Of a stretch of 64,000 nt of DNA, positions 16,586 through 30,024 are shown one piece after another. A model generated the notes under the pieces. The model was given only the letters and a program-made list of their open reading frames with translations. It was not told where the DNA came from and did not search any database. This stretch comes from the human T2T-CHM13v2.0 reference genome, Homo sapiens. Made by a program: the position numbers and the translations under genes. How positions within the stretch are numbered: the first letter of the stretch is position 1; each line of letters begins with the position of its first letter. Location: NCBI RefSeq assembly GCF_009914755.1, contig NC_060927.1. The stretch is one strand, 5' to 3'.

Positions 16586-16764
16586 CTAGAACAACACTGT
16601 CCCATAGAATTTTCTGCAGCGGTAGGAATGTTTTCTACCTGAGCAGTTTAATTCTATAGCAACTGGCCACATATGACTATTAAGCACTTGAAATATAGCT
16701 AGTGCACCTGAGGAACTAAATTTTGAATTTTACCTAATTTTAATGCATTCAAATTTAAATAGCC
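16586..16764. mobile_element. MER3 hAT-Charlie element, partial
   Basis: cactgtcccatagaattttctgcagcggtaggaatgttttcta...ttaagcacttgaaatatagctagtgcacctgaggaactaaatttt...atttaaatagcca. Confidence 0.85.
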
Positions 16765-17513
16765 AACTCCAGAACATATAGAAGCAGACAGTGGAGATGT
16801 AGGAGGAAGGAGGAAGAACTGAAGGAGTAAAGTTTTTTAGAAAGTGGAAATAATAAGGCCTTACCCCACGTGGAAGAATTGGACTTCACTAGGATAAAAT
16901 GCAGCTTTTCTGATGTTAGAGGAGGAAATAGGAGAAGAAGGAGATACATAGAGTAGGTCAGTGGATGAGTAAGGAATGAGAGCATTGTGGTGACAATGAA
17001 ATGTGAGACAAAGGTGACAGTGAGGGACAGAGCCACAAACAGATATTTCAGGAAGGGCTATAGTGGTTGATTCTATTTCTTATACATACGTAAAGACACA
17101 ATGAACGAATATATCAAAACAACAACGGTTATCTGACTGGGGAGTCCGGGGAACTGGATAAGTGGAGAGAGGGTTAAGAGGAACAGTTTTCACTTGTTCA
17201 CATTTTTATTCTTTATTTTGGTTTTCCAACACATGATAATGTATTACTTGTTCAAAAAATTAAGTTAAAGAATTAAAAATATTAGATGAGAAGACTTAGA
17301 AATGTTTTTACTAAATAATGATAAACAGGATTGCTGGGAAGTATTGAGGACCCTGCAGAAATCTCAGTTTTATAAGAAACAGTAACAACATTTGTTGTAT
17401 TTTTTAAAAATTATTTTCCAGTGCATATTATTACAGAAAATGTCAATTTCATACAAACAACGACAACAAAACAGTTTTATCTGATGAGATTTTTGACAAA
17501 GTAATACAGTTGA

Positions 17514-17670
17514 ATATATATGTATTATATATTATATATGTATTATATATAATATATATGTATTATATATTATATATGTATTATATATATTATATATGTA
17601 TTATATATAATATATATGTATTATATATAATACATATGTAATATATATTATATATATGTATAAATGTATA
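17514..17670. repeat. AT-rich tandem repeat, unit approximately TATATATGTATTATATAT(A)
   Basis: About 7 imperfect units of 18-20 nt, almost pure TA. Confidence 0.95.
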
Positions 17671-20600
17671 GATTCATACCTGTTGGGTCATTGAGAGGGC
17701 ATTGATGGAAGTGGGAATAGGATAGTGATTGTGAATGGGTCTGGAAACTTTAAACTCTGAATAGGGTATAGATCTTTTGAAATTAGTTTAAAATAGTTTG
17801 GACCTAATAACTAGGTGCTGCTGATAACTAAATACATGGTAGAGATATTCCATGGTATCCTTTCTATAAGTAGACATTGCCTAAATCTCAAGCTTGTTGG
17901 ATAATGATATTGTACTAACAAGGAACTTTATATCATAAAAAATATGAGATAAAATGTTAAATGCAGGTTTTCTTTCACGTTCTTCTTCCTTTCTGATGGC
18001 TGAAGAATTTTGTTCTCTAGTTTCCTGAATTATCTTTCCTTTACTCGTTTTGTTTTTTTAACACCAAGTACTCTATTATTCTATGGCGATATAGCCGTGG
18101 TGGGCTTCCTGATACTTGAACTGGGGCCTGGGAATCACACTGCTTTAACATTAAGGCAGCAAAAAAGGAAAGGAAAAAATGGATTCTGCTTAGATTTGTA
18201 CACATTCTGATCCCATTTTCAATAGAATGAGGACAATGGGCATCACTTTGCCTTCTCTTAGCTATTTAGTTTATCATCCATCCTTGTTTTTTTCTTCTAG
18301 CTTTCTGTGGAACTAAAACACACTGTCAGGCCTTTTGCTATGAGTGTGAAATGCACAGCAATATAAAAAAGAAAATAAGTGCAAAAAGAATATAGCAAAT
18401 TAAATGCCTCTGTGATCTCAATTCTATATTTATGTGTGAGATTTAGGGGTAAATATGTATATGATATCAAAAAGACTATTACATATTTAAAATTTTTTGT
18501 TAATATTAGATTTTATAGTGATCATTCTTCAAATATCTTCCACACAAAACCTCTATAATGAGCAATAAACATTGCTTATTAATGAAACACATTGCTTAGC
18601 CTGTCAGGATGCTGTGATACTTTTCTGTAAATACTTTACATGTGGGTTTTCTTTCAAGTCAGTAGAAAAAAAATTGTAAAGAAACATGCAGAAACAATTG
18701 TGTAAGATTTTAAAAAGCAAGATTGCTTGGTGGTTCCGGGTATATGGTGGGGAGGGGTCCTACCTATTCCAAGGGAGGAATTTCCTCAAATTCGTGAGAG
18801 ATTTTCCTAATTTTTGTTCACAATTCCTGGAAGAGATGACACTCCTTTGCCTTCAGACCAAGATAAACACATCATGTTGAAATATTAATTCCAAATAATC
18901 TATTGCTATAAAGGTGCGGACATTTTGTTATTTAATATTCAACCTCAAATATACCAGAGTATTAAGTAGAAATAAATAGTATTTTAAGGACTTGCATTCT
19001 ATAATCTCTCAGTAGCAGAAGGGGATCTCTGTTGTAGGCTACTGTCAAAGGGCACTTAAAATAAGATTGAGAATGAAAAATGAAACCTAACACCAGTGTC
19101 TCTTCTGACTACTCTGCATAATCTAACGTACTTAAACTCTTCCTGCAAAACCCTGCTGCTTTTCTGTTGCTTGACATTCTGACCGTTTTTGAACCCTTGA
19201 ACTCTGACAGAGAGGAGGGACTTGGAGAGGTTGTCATCTGATCTATGTTAGAAGGCAAAAGGAATAGCTTTCTCTCTAATAGCACTTCTTTCTGCCTAGC
19301 AGTTGGTGGGAGATTAAAACGATCTAGGTGGATAAGGCTGGTTAGAGGTCTGGGGACATCACTTTTTTGGGAGGGCTTGTCTGCATGTCAAAAACATAGG
19401 TAGGTCATTAGAAGTGGAATGTTTATTTTTTCCCCTCTTCTTTTCTGCCACACATTAATAACATTTTACTATTTATTCATTTTTATGATTTACTCCAAGT
19501 TTTGAAGAACGAATTCCTGCTATGCTACTGTCCAGCCAGGATCGTGGTTAGACACTGACATTCTGAATTCCAGCCATATTAATTGCTGGATAAAGGCTAT
19601 AATCCCTCTCTCTTTGAAGCCCAAGGCTGATTTTTAGGCAACACTTCAAAAGCAGAGCACAACTGAAGAGGCATATTTCCTACCAGCACTGAATTACCAT
19701 GATTGACTCAGCTTGCTTTAGACATGGGCCTTACATATTTGGATATCCAGCAAAACAGTTAGATTTTTGATATTAGAGCGTGAAAGAAAATACCTTTTGT
19801 GATCCAAAAGCTGATCTATTACTCTTTGGGAGATATTTAGATGGCTGTTTAAACTACTTTAAAAATAGAAACACCTAAGTCATTCTTTTTTCTAATAGAA
19901 AACATCATGCTTGAAAGTTGTCTCTCTCTCTCCTTTCTCTTTCATATTATGGCACAAATAATATGAAGCCATCAGTCTGAGTCCACTATGATTAACGACA
20001 AAAGCCTATGTAAATAAGATTTTCAAACATTCTCAAATTATTATAACCCTTAGAGATCCTTTTAAAAATACTTTTAAAATCAGCCATTGAACATTTATAT
20101 CCAACACTCGTAATGCCATTGTAACCAGCATTTTAAAATAAGGAAGTGTGATGTATAAATATCCTTCAAAAGACTAGACAAAAATGATAACCACTAAGAA
20201 CATAAAAACAAACCCCCAACCAAAAAATGACTGAAGTAAATGAAAATTTATGACCAACATGGAACTTTATATTAGTGTCTTTTTCACTTACAGCGTGTTT
20301 ATCTCCGAATCTGTACTGTAAGGACTTTCTCATATAGGATTTGCCAAGTATGCTTAGTGGGCTATGTTTGAGAAAGATTAACAGTATTTCACATCAAAGG
20401 AGGACCCTGCTGCATGGTCTTACGAGATTGTCATTCACTCCCATTATGGCTCATTTGCACAAGATTTTCATGTAATATGAGCCATTGTTTTGATGGCAGT
20501 GATTTGACATAAAGACAGGGCCGAACTGCATCTCAGCCTCCTAGTCAGTCAGGCTGGGGGGTATCTTGGTCCCAAAGAACTTGCCAAACATAAAAGGCAA

Positions 20601-21959
20601 CTGTTACTCAGTTATGGATTGGCCCCACCCCCCTCAACTCTACTCCCTTGTTTTTAAGGTGGAAAACTTCTTGAACGTGCATGGATACCATAAAAATTAG
20701 ACAATGCCTGCTTGTGCAAGATTAGATACAGTTTAACCAGACAAAGTTTCAGATATCCTATTTAAAATTGCAAGTTATGAGCTATTTTAAAGAGCTGCTT
20801 TTTCTTTTTGTGCTTTCTGCCATACTTATTTTGATTTTAAAATAATTTGAAGTGGTGAAAAGTAATGCCTGAGCTACATTCAAAACTTTTCCACAAGCAA
20901 TATTTGTGTTTTTTTTCTGGTGAGTTAGTTTCATGGCTATGCATAGAATACGTATTTACATACACTAGTCACTAACATTCTCTCCCTCTTTCTTTCTGCA
21001 AGCTAGATTAAAAAGAAAAAGAGATGCTATTGATGCTTCCGCAGTGCCTAATAATGTAAATAGAAAAGAAATATTCAATCAATAATCTGGATGATTCTAA
21101 ATGTGATTTTTATTTAACTAGATTTTATTTAACTAAAGAGACAATTTTCTTATTAAGTCTATTCAGTATATATATAGACTTTAATATAATAAACTTAATA
21201 AGATACTTTACAATATTTATAAAATATATTTAGATGTATTAAATATATAAGTAACATGAAAAGAAACATTTTGAAATGGTTTATTCAAAGTATTAAATTA
21301 AATGTGAAGAATTAAGAATGAAAACTACCTTAGAATACAATCAATGTTTAGTGCCTGGTTTGAATTTTCTAAACTAGTGTGTTTAAAATCTGTAATTGTA
21401 ACTCTTCTACAGCATGTACTATTAGTAGCAAGGTACTGGTTAGTTTTATGTAACATTTGTTCCATGCATTTAGATACAATGATGCATCCAAATATTTAAA
21501 TTTTTGAAATTCATTTTGTAAACTATACCAATATCTTACCTAAATTTTGTGTTTAGAACAAGAATGACTATAATTTTGGGGGGGTGTTGACTCATTTTTA
21601 AGCTCTTTACAGCAACCATAAAACAAACAAAAGTCATAAAACAAAAGTGAACTCAGGTGATTTCGTGATACTTGAGAAAATATTTACAAGTGATTAATAT
21701 TTACTCACATAACATTTTGTAAAAATATGAGCAAATATAAATTTTTAGTCTAAAATTATTGACCCCATTCAACCTCAAGAAATTAATGACAGAAATATAA
21801 TTAGGATAACATTTTATATTTAAAAACTGCATTAAAATTTAGCATACAGAAACTAGCATGCTCAGTAAGATATTTTTAAAATATATATTTTCTTAGAAAA
21901 ATAATGAACAAAATAAACATAAAAACTAAGAATGAGATAAGCAATCAGAATATTTCCTG

Positions 21960-22165
21960 CAAATTTTTAGTTTGAAAAATTTTAACATACAAAAAAAGTT
22001 GAAATACAGTACAGTAAACATTCGCTTGTTCTCCACTCAAAATCAACATTTTTTTGCTACATTAAGTTTATCTTTTCCCTAAATCGCTTGAAAGTAGTGA
22101 CACTCCTAAATTTTGCAGCACGCATCTCCTATGCACAAGGCTATTCTTCTACATAACTACAATAA
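21960..22165 (-). mobile_element. Old L1MC-type 3'UTR fragment
   Basis: gaaaaattttaacatacaaaaaaagttgaaatacagtacagtaaaca...gcatctcctatgcacaaggctattcttctacataactacaata. Confidence 0.55.
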
Positions 22166-22443
22166 GAGAAAAATTGAAATACTTCTGTAAAATCTGGTTA
22201 TCATAATATTTAAAATTAATTATAGATTAATTAGAGCTCAGGGATAATTAAAAATGCATAAATCTTTAATGGCAAATGCAATTTTACTGATCTATATAAA
22301 CACTTTTTCAATTACTTTAAATTTATATTCAGACAACACATTGATACTTCCATTGGAGTTTATAGATACATTTTGAAAACAAATACTAAATTATTAGCTA
22401 AATGTATTTTCCTTTATGAAACGCTTTCAAAATACATGAACAA

Positions 22444-22462
22444 TAGCGCCCTCTACATTTGG
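22444..22462 (-). promoter_or_regulatory. Candidate CTCF motif
   Basis: TAGCGCCCTCTA matches the CTCF core (TAGCGCCC(C/T)CTAGTGG), but the distal bases deviate. It is an isolated GC patch with a CpG in very AT-rich DNA. Confidence 0.45.
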
Positions 22463-25400
22463 ATAGCAAATCATGAAAAAGATTTTACTAGTTGAGAAAA
22501 GGAGCATTTAACAGTAATCACTGTGGGTTTGGGGACAAATTATGTGATTGCAATACATTACAAAATTACATGGCAATCTCTCACATGAGTTTACAGTATT
22601 TTAAACCATTGATTTAGTATAGAAAATCAAACTCTGGAACCTCAATATTGTACCATGTAGCAAAACACTGACAAAAATAATAGTCAAGAGGAAATAGAAG
22701 GCTCTCTAGGAAAATATAAACCTACTTAAAAATAAATTTAATTATATTATTTAATAAATTTTCAGAAATCAGTTATAAGTAGTTAAAATTGTGTTATTTT
22801 CCTTCCTTGCTTATATAAACAGAACCTTATGATGTTTTCAAATTCAGAGGTGCTCCAAGTCTTTTAAAAATGCTATTTTCCAGTATCTACCTATTGAAGA
22901 AAATACAGACTTAGAATCTAACCTTTAATATGCTTTCATAAAATGAAATAAAATTAATTGGTAATTTTAAGTTCTTTTGAAAATTCTTTTTCCGATTAAT
23001 TCATAATAAAGTTTATAAAATTACAGACATATAGAATATAATATTATATATAAATCCTCATGTCTGTCACTAATTAGCAAAACCATCCCCTAAACATTTA
23101 GTACATCATCCTGCAAACAATTCAGAGAAAAATATGTGCATATTTAATAAGTTAAAAAAATAGATTTTTGTATCATAAAACAAAATTATAAATATATATT
23201 TGTGTTTCCTTTTTCCAACTATAAACACTTTATTTTATGGCACCTGAATTTTTATTTGTCTATAGTCAACTTCGTAAAAAAGATGTACCTAATGTCAATA
23301 AAATCAATTCCACGTATTTGCATTTGGAAGGTTTTGTTTTCTGTTTAATTTTGTTTTTTCAGTGCAATTTTTTCACTTAAGATAAATATGCTTATTTAAA
23401 GAAGTAATATTTTGCTTAAATATATTCTTTTAAATACATTTGATACTGTGTCACTATTAAGCTTCAAGGACAACGTAAATGCTGTAACCTAAAATAAAAA
23501 CTTTTTAGTAAATTATTTGTGAGCTGTCAGTGGTTAAAGAGCAGATTAAAGTAGTTAAAAACTGGAAACATGTTCTGTTATTCCTGCTGAATTTAATGCA
23601 AGAGTCTCAATGTCTAAGATACTGCATTTTAAATAAAAGGCAATAAAACAAAAGTTAAAAACGAATAAGTGACAAACATATTTTATTTTTAAATAGTCAA
23701 CAATTAAAATATCTGAAATGAATTAAATTCCTGCAAACTATTTTGTCTATGTTAAGTTACAGGAAAGCTGCACAATAAAAAAGCTTGTGAGGAAAAAAAA
23801 AGGAATGCTCTTTGAAATTATCCTTTTAGTCTTTTCCTTGGCTTACAGTGCCATGAAAAATCCTAGAACATGCTCTAAAATTCTAAAGACAAAATGCCAG
23901 TGACTCTGGGGATCATCTTGTTCATTTTAAGAGCAAATTAAAACAGTGAAAGAATGGTGCAAATAATTGTTTCATATGTTCTTTGCTTGTGACTGCTGTA
24001 ATCATCGGGCCTGATTTACAAATGTAGACTTGAAGGTTTCTCAGCTTCCTGCAGGGTAGAAGACTGTTACTTTGGCACTCGCCCTCTCGCCCTTGTAATC
24101 ACCACTCAAAACTGTGCCCTGGTACTTCCAATTCCCAGTCTCTTGATTGAACACCTCATTCTGTGCTAACAAGGTGTCCAAGGTATTTGAACAGGGGCTC
24201 CAGTCGGAAAATTGTTAATGGTTTTGCTCATTAAGAGTTCCTGCACTAGTTTTGGTAATTTGATAACTGTCTAAATTGCAAGTTGATTTTCCCCCCTTCA
24301 GCTTTAAGGATGCTAAATTTAAGACAGCAACAGTAATAGCTGAGTTTCAAAATTGACAAGGGAAGTTGAATACTGTCTGTGTTATTATGCAATAGTTTCC
24401 ACAGGATTAATAAAATTATCTTGAACGTCTAGGTTTATTTTCCATTTATTTTCAAGATTTTATTGAATATAAAAAATTTTCATAGGGTGCACCTATGAAA
24501 TAGCTAAGATTTCCTGAAAGTTTAAGGGACAAAAAGAAGCAACAACAATGATTTGTTTCAAAATGTGAGAAACAATAGAGCTATGACAGTATTTTAAAAT
24601 ACTTTACATTAAAATAAAATCAATTAATTCTATTTTTGACACAACATGATTTCTACAAATATGTAAGTATGTCTAAAAACACATATAGCCTTATTTATTT
24701 TTAAAACATATAAATAATGTTGGTTTACTTTACTATTAGAATGACTTTTCATGGTCATTAATTATAAAGTCCATTTTTATTCATATAGAAAATTTTAATA
24801 GATATATATTTTTGCTGAACAGTTTATTTAAAGAATAATTGCAAATGTGGTCTGAAAGCTTAAAATTGGCTTTTGGAAATAATAGATGTAAAAATTCTGA
24901 GAACATTTTTCATGAGTTAAATGCATTTGCCTCTATTGAAATGCCTTAACAATGCCAAATTATTTTATTATAGAATCCATTTCTTTATATTTCTATACTC
25001 TATAAAAGATATATTCCCTTAGTGGAATTAAGAAAGCCAAATTAAGAAAAAATCAATATTTATTGATTCTTTGGTTCAGTTTAAGACCTGTGATCTACTT
25101 TATCAATTCAGATTTTAAAGGGAGAATATTTCTAAAAAGAATTTTTCTTACTACCTATTTCCTTTTTTCTTAATCACGAAAGGCTATTACTAAGTTTGGC
25201 AGCAACATCTCCAGGGATTTCTTTTAAATTGTTTTTAGTGATTTGGACAGTTGCCATTTTCTCAGAGATGAAAATGTGGGAGAGGAGATTCAGCTGAGGA
25301 TGGAAGTTTCTCCCTATATGGAGCAAAGGGCTGTTTTAAAGTGATTTATGTGGCAGTTTTCTTCTGTGTCACCATTATGTCCCTGCTGCCTGAGTGTGAC

Positions 25401-26874
25401 AACGTGGTGCTGGCTAACATTTTGGTAATAATTTATTGGGATGAGATTTTTTTGGGGGCCTGAAGTTCAGCCTGCAATCATTTTAACACTCTGCTAAAAG
25501 GCTTAAGTTCTCTCCAGGCTTATTTATTTTTCACTTTGGAGCTGTGCACTCACACAAAAACCTGCCTACATAAATCTGCAACTTTTCTTTTTGAATTGAA
25601 AGTTGAATGCAGACCATGACTTGTGCATATAAAAAAATGCAGAAATAATGCCCCCCTACTGTGTAAGTATTTTTGTTTTTCATGAATCAAGCCCAAAGTT
25701 ATTTAAATTAATTCTAGCCTCATCAGCGTAATAGAATATCATTTTTTGGCTTCTTAAAAATACTGATGCATGGATGTATTTTTACTGGTTATTTGATCAA
25801 ATTTCTCATACATCTTAAAATTATATAACACAAAGAAAAAAACTGATGGCTATAGTTTCATGCTAACAGACTTTAATCAATCAACATTAAAGTATAATTT
25901 TTGATGGTTATAAATCATTATATTTTATTATATTTTTGAAAACACAGAAAACAAAGAATTTATAAGGTTTTTTTGTGTGTGTTTACACTGAAAGCTCTGC
26001 AATTGATTAATCAATCGGGGACTCCTTGAAATTTTACTCTTTGAAGTTGGGTGTCAATTTAGAAATTCTATCACACATCTAAGCTGGATGCCTTTGTTTG
26101 AATATAAAAGCCCCAACTTCCCTACATGTTTGACTATAAGAACAGGCAGGTTAAAAATATAGTTTATTATGCTAGACCAAGATTTAGTTGTAGATGAAAA
26201 ATAAGTTACTTTTGTTTAACTTGAAATTTTCAACAGCTGATCAATATGCCTATGAATATATTAGGATAATTTTTGTTAATATTGGTGGCAAGTAGCTAGA
26301 GATTGGATTTTTTTTCTTCCCCTGTGGGATGAGTCAACAGATTCCTGCTTTGAAAATACCATTGACTTCATAGTCATGCATCTGTAATTAGGATATGATC
26401 AAGCCAAAAATGGAAGTTAACAATAACTAATGGGAATTCTAGGCTTTTAAACTTACTTTTAAAATTTTCTACTGGTCCTGTAATTTTCTTTAAAAAACTA
26501 AGTACTGCCAAGTCAAAGAAGATGACATTGTTTTATGATGCTTTAGCGAAATGATATCAATGTATAGTCAATTTAGGTAATTGATTTCTATACCTGGTCA
26601 TGAAAATCCCTCAAAATTTACTTATATTTCTTGTATGGATAAAATTATTATAAAATACAATAAAAGAAAGTTGTATTTATCTCGATATTTTGAATGTTTT
26701 TACTAGTATTTTAGCATTGTCTGTGACTTTTGTTATTATGTTATGTTATTTTAATCATGAGCACCCTTATAAAACAAAGTAAGCTCCACAAAGGGAAGAT
26801 CACACAATTTTTTTTAACGTGAGAACTTAACTTTGCTTGTGGTTGAGTGCTTAATGTATTTTTTTTCTTTTTAG

Positions 26875-26924
26875 GAATTGCTGAGATGCAAGCTCATAGT
26901 TAGCATTCTAATTTCTATCAGAAG
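26875..26924 (+). other. Candidate 50-nt exon
   Basis: CTTAAT branch-like site, a long T-rich tract and TAG at 26872-26874. Donor AAG|GTAAAG at 26925. Confidence 0.25.
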
Positions 26925-27406
26925 GTAAAGGATTTAATGCTTTGAAGCTTAGTATCTCAGAGTGAAAAGACCATGAACATTTAGATACTTATTTTTATTA
27001 GTTTTGTTTATGTTAGTGGAAATAATAATACAATTACTGTTCCAATGTTTTAGTTCTCAAGTTATGATTATAGTAAATCTAATGATGTAGTTCACTAATC
27101 TATAGAGAAGATAAAAATTTTACTATGATATAATGGTATTATAAATTATCTTTTAAGTGACTAAAATATGATGAATTTCTAGGCCTGAGAACATTTTGGC
27201 TAGAGTGAGTTGATTCCAGTGTTTGAGAAAGCTGGCTTAGTATTGATGTTTAGCAGAATTCACATTTATTTTATCTCATCAGTCATAGTAAAGCAAAGTC
27301 AGTGTTGGAAAGGATGTTAAAGGCCAATTTACAAATAGGCAAAATGAGATAGACAGCTAAGGTAAACTTGGACATGATTTTTCCTTATAGATCTTGACTT
27401 TTCAAT

Positions 27407-27570
27407 TCAGAAGGGACTTTTCAAATGAATTAATCCAGGGGCTTCATTTTAAAGATGAAGAAGTCGAAGACAGAAGAGGTTCAGGAGTCTTTCCAAGGTC
27501 CCACAGCTAATTAGCAGTCCCAGGACTAGAATCTGAGTCTCCCACTTCACAGACCAATAGTCTTTCCACT
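27407..27570 (-). mobile_element. MIR
   Basis: cattttaaagatgaagaagtcgaagacagaagagg...ccaaggtcccacagctaattag...ggactagaatctgagtctcc. Confidence 0.8.
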
Positions 27571-28859
27571 CTCTCTGACCTCTTCAGTCACATCAAAATT
27601 AATGCGTACTTGAGTGGTTACACTGAATGGAAAAATAGCAGTTGTGCCTGTGTAGATTCACTGACCTATTGAAGATGACTTGGTCCTACTCATCATGTAT
27701 TTGTGACTTGTAAAACATCTTTAAACCATTCTTATACACTAATTCATGGTACAGAGATCAGAAATAGGACAAGATGACATTCTGCTAAAATTACTAGCAA
27801 ATTTAAAAGTAGATTACTTGCATTTTTTATTGAAGTTATCTTGAATATGGGAAAACATTGAAGAAAGGAAGAAATTTTTAAGAGCTTGACAGTGGTTTGA
27901 TTTTCATGGTATTTTTATGTTACTGGAAAAACATATTTTAGAGGAAAGATTTGAGTGTGTGTCTATGAGTATGTGTGTGTAGTTTTTAGGGGGTATAGAG
28001 TTCATCTGTTATTCTGTATGCTACTTTCTAGAAACAATCCATACCAGCCATGATTATGAGAGGCAGGGAAATAGCTGCAGGAAACAAATTTCTAAGATCC
28101 AGCCAAACAATGAGGGCTCGTATATGATCGTGTTATGTGGAGATATGGTCTAAGACTACAGCGATAGAGATAGAAGAGCTGTTATAAAATCAGAGATGGT
28201 CATGAAAGACTTCACAGAAGAGGTTAATTTTCAAAATAAATAAATAAACAAAAAGACTGGGAGGATAAATAGGAGATCATTTTGGTAACAACCAATGCAA
28301 AGAAGGTTATTATTATAAGAGTCCACCACATTCCCTAGCCTACTGGACTATTTTTGTTCTGAATATGCAATATGCTTTCACACCTCTGTGGAACTGTCTC
28401 ATGCTCCTCCTTCTATGTAAAATATACATTCTCTTTTTGTTTGACTGGAAAATACCCATTCACCCTTCAAAACCTAACGGGGGTGGTATTAGAGCTCTTT
28501 AGCTTTCCTAGACTTTTTCTCTTGCCTCAAACAAAATTGTGTGCTCACATACTATACATTACATTTTATTCTAAATTACAACAGTAATAAATGCTTGTTT
28601 GGAAAATAAACATTCGGTGTCCTATCACCACAGAAAATCACATGAACACTTGGTACCTTTTTTTTACATAAAAATACATATAGATGGACATATATACATG
28701 CTATATACACATTACACTATTCATATATGATTGAAATGATACTATTTACATAGTTTTTTAATCCTGTTTTGTTCACTTACTATTATATTGTGAGTATTTG
28801 CCCTTAGAACTATGTCTTCTTTATTTTGATAACCTAATAAATCCTTTTTAAATTGAACA

Positions 28860-29500
28860 AATGTAGGTTTAGAGAGAAAACTGGTGGTTGTGGGGAAGAC
28901 AAATTGGAGGGAAATCAGTTCTTACAGTGTCCCAAGCAAGAGCTGATAAAGGGTGGGGCCAGAGCAATGGGAATAAGGAGCAGAGATGGGTAAAGCCTTG
29001 GCAAGGTCAAATGTGCTGGAGAGAGGTCAAGTGGAATGGGAATCTTAGAGGGACCCCTGAACCTAACAATTAGTAAATTGTTAGTGATGTTTGTAAGAAT
29101 GATTTGGGAGAAATGAAGGGCCAGTAGCAAGATGGCCCACATAGAGTAGGAAGAGAAAGATGAGAAATTAGGTGCTGTGATATGGATTCTCCTCCAGGAA
29201 TTTTTCCAAAAGGGACAGAGATGAGTAGGGAAGGAGCTTGAGAAGAAGGCAGGGACCAGGGAAGTATGTTGTTGTATTGTTACATAAGAAAACAATAAAT
29301 ACATTTGAATTCAAATTGGGAGAAACCAATGGAGAAGAGAACAATAGAAGATAGAAAGATGATAGAGAGTAATTTGCAGACTGACACCCCAGGGACACAG
29401 AGTGATGAAACACAGAGGAAATTTGCCAATTTTTAATCTAATTATTTTTGTTGTAGCTGGGCATTTTAGAATATTGAACCTGAATGTGTAGAAGAGATGT
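28860..29500 (-). mobile_element. L2 fragment(s)
   Basis: Purine-rich stretch; gggaaatcagttcttacagtgtcccaagcaagagctgataaaggg resembles antisense L2. Confidence 0.4.
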
Positions 29501-29619
29501 TTATCATGGAAAGCTTAATTTAATTATGCATAAGGATTATGTGCTTTGGTTGAGCAGAGTCCCACCTCTCTGTGATTTGAAGCTGGTTTACAGTTATAAT
29601 GCTTTATTTATAGGGTTAC

Positions 29620-29750
29620 AATAATTCAGTCCTCACAGCAACCTTCTGATTGGCCCTATCACTATTCCCGTTTTATAGATGAGAAAACTGAAGAATGGAA
29701 AGGTTTAATTACACACCCAAAGTCACTTAACTATTAAAACTTAAGAGTCT
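29620..29750 (-). mobile_element. MIR interrupted by an Alu
   Basis: tcctcacagcaacc...attcccgttttatagatgagaaaactgaag...cccaaagtcac. Confidence 0.8.
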
Positions 29751-29751
29751 G

Positions 29752-30024
29752 GGCTGGGCATGGTGGCTCACACCTGTAATCCCAGCACTCTAGGAGGCTG
29801 AGGCAGATCACCTGAGGTCAGGAGTTCGAGACCAGGCTGACCAACATGTCGAAACCCCATCTCTACTAAAAAATGCAAAAATTAGCTGGGTGTGGTGGCA
29901 GGTGCTTGTAATCCCTGTTACCTGGGAGGCAGAGGTTGCAGTGAACGAAGAGATCACACCACTGCACTCCAGCCTTGTGACAGAGGGAGATTGTCTAAAA
30001 AACAAAACAAAACAAAACAAAAAA
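29752..30024 (+). mobile_element. AluSx-like with an internal right-arm deletion and (AAAAC)n tail
   Basis: Alu dimer in which tgtaatccctgttac joins directly to ctgggaggcagagg, so roughly 30-35 bp are missing. Confidence 0.95.
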
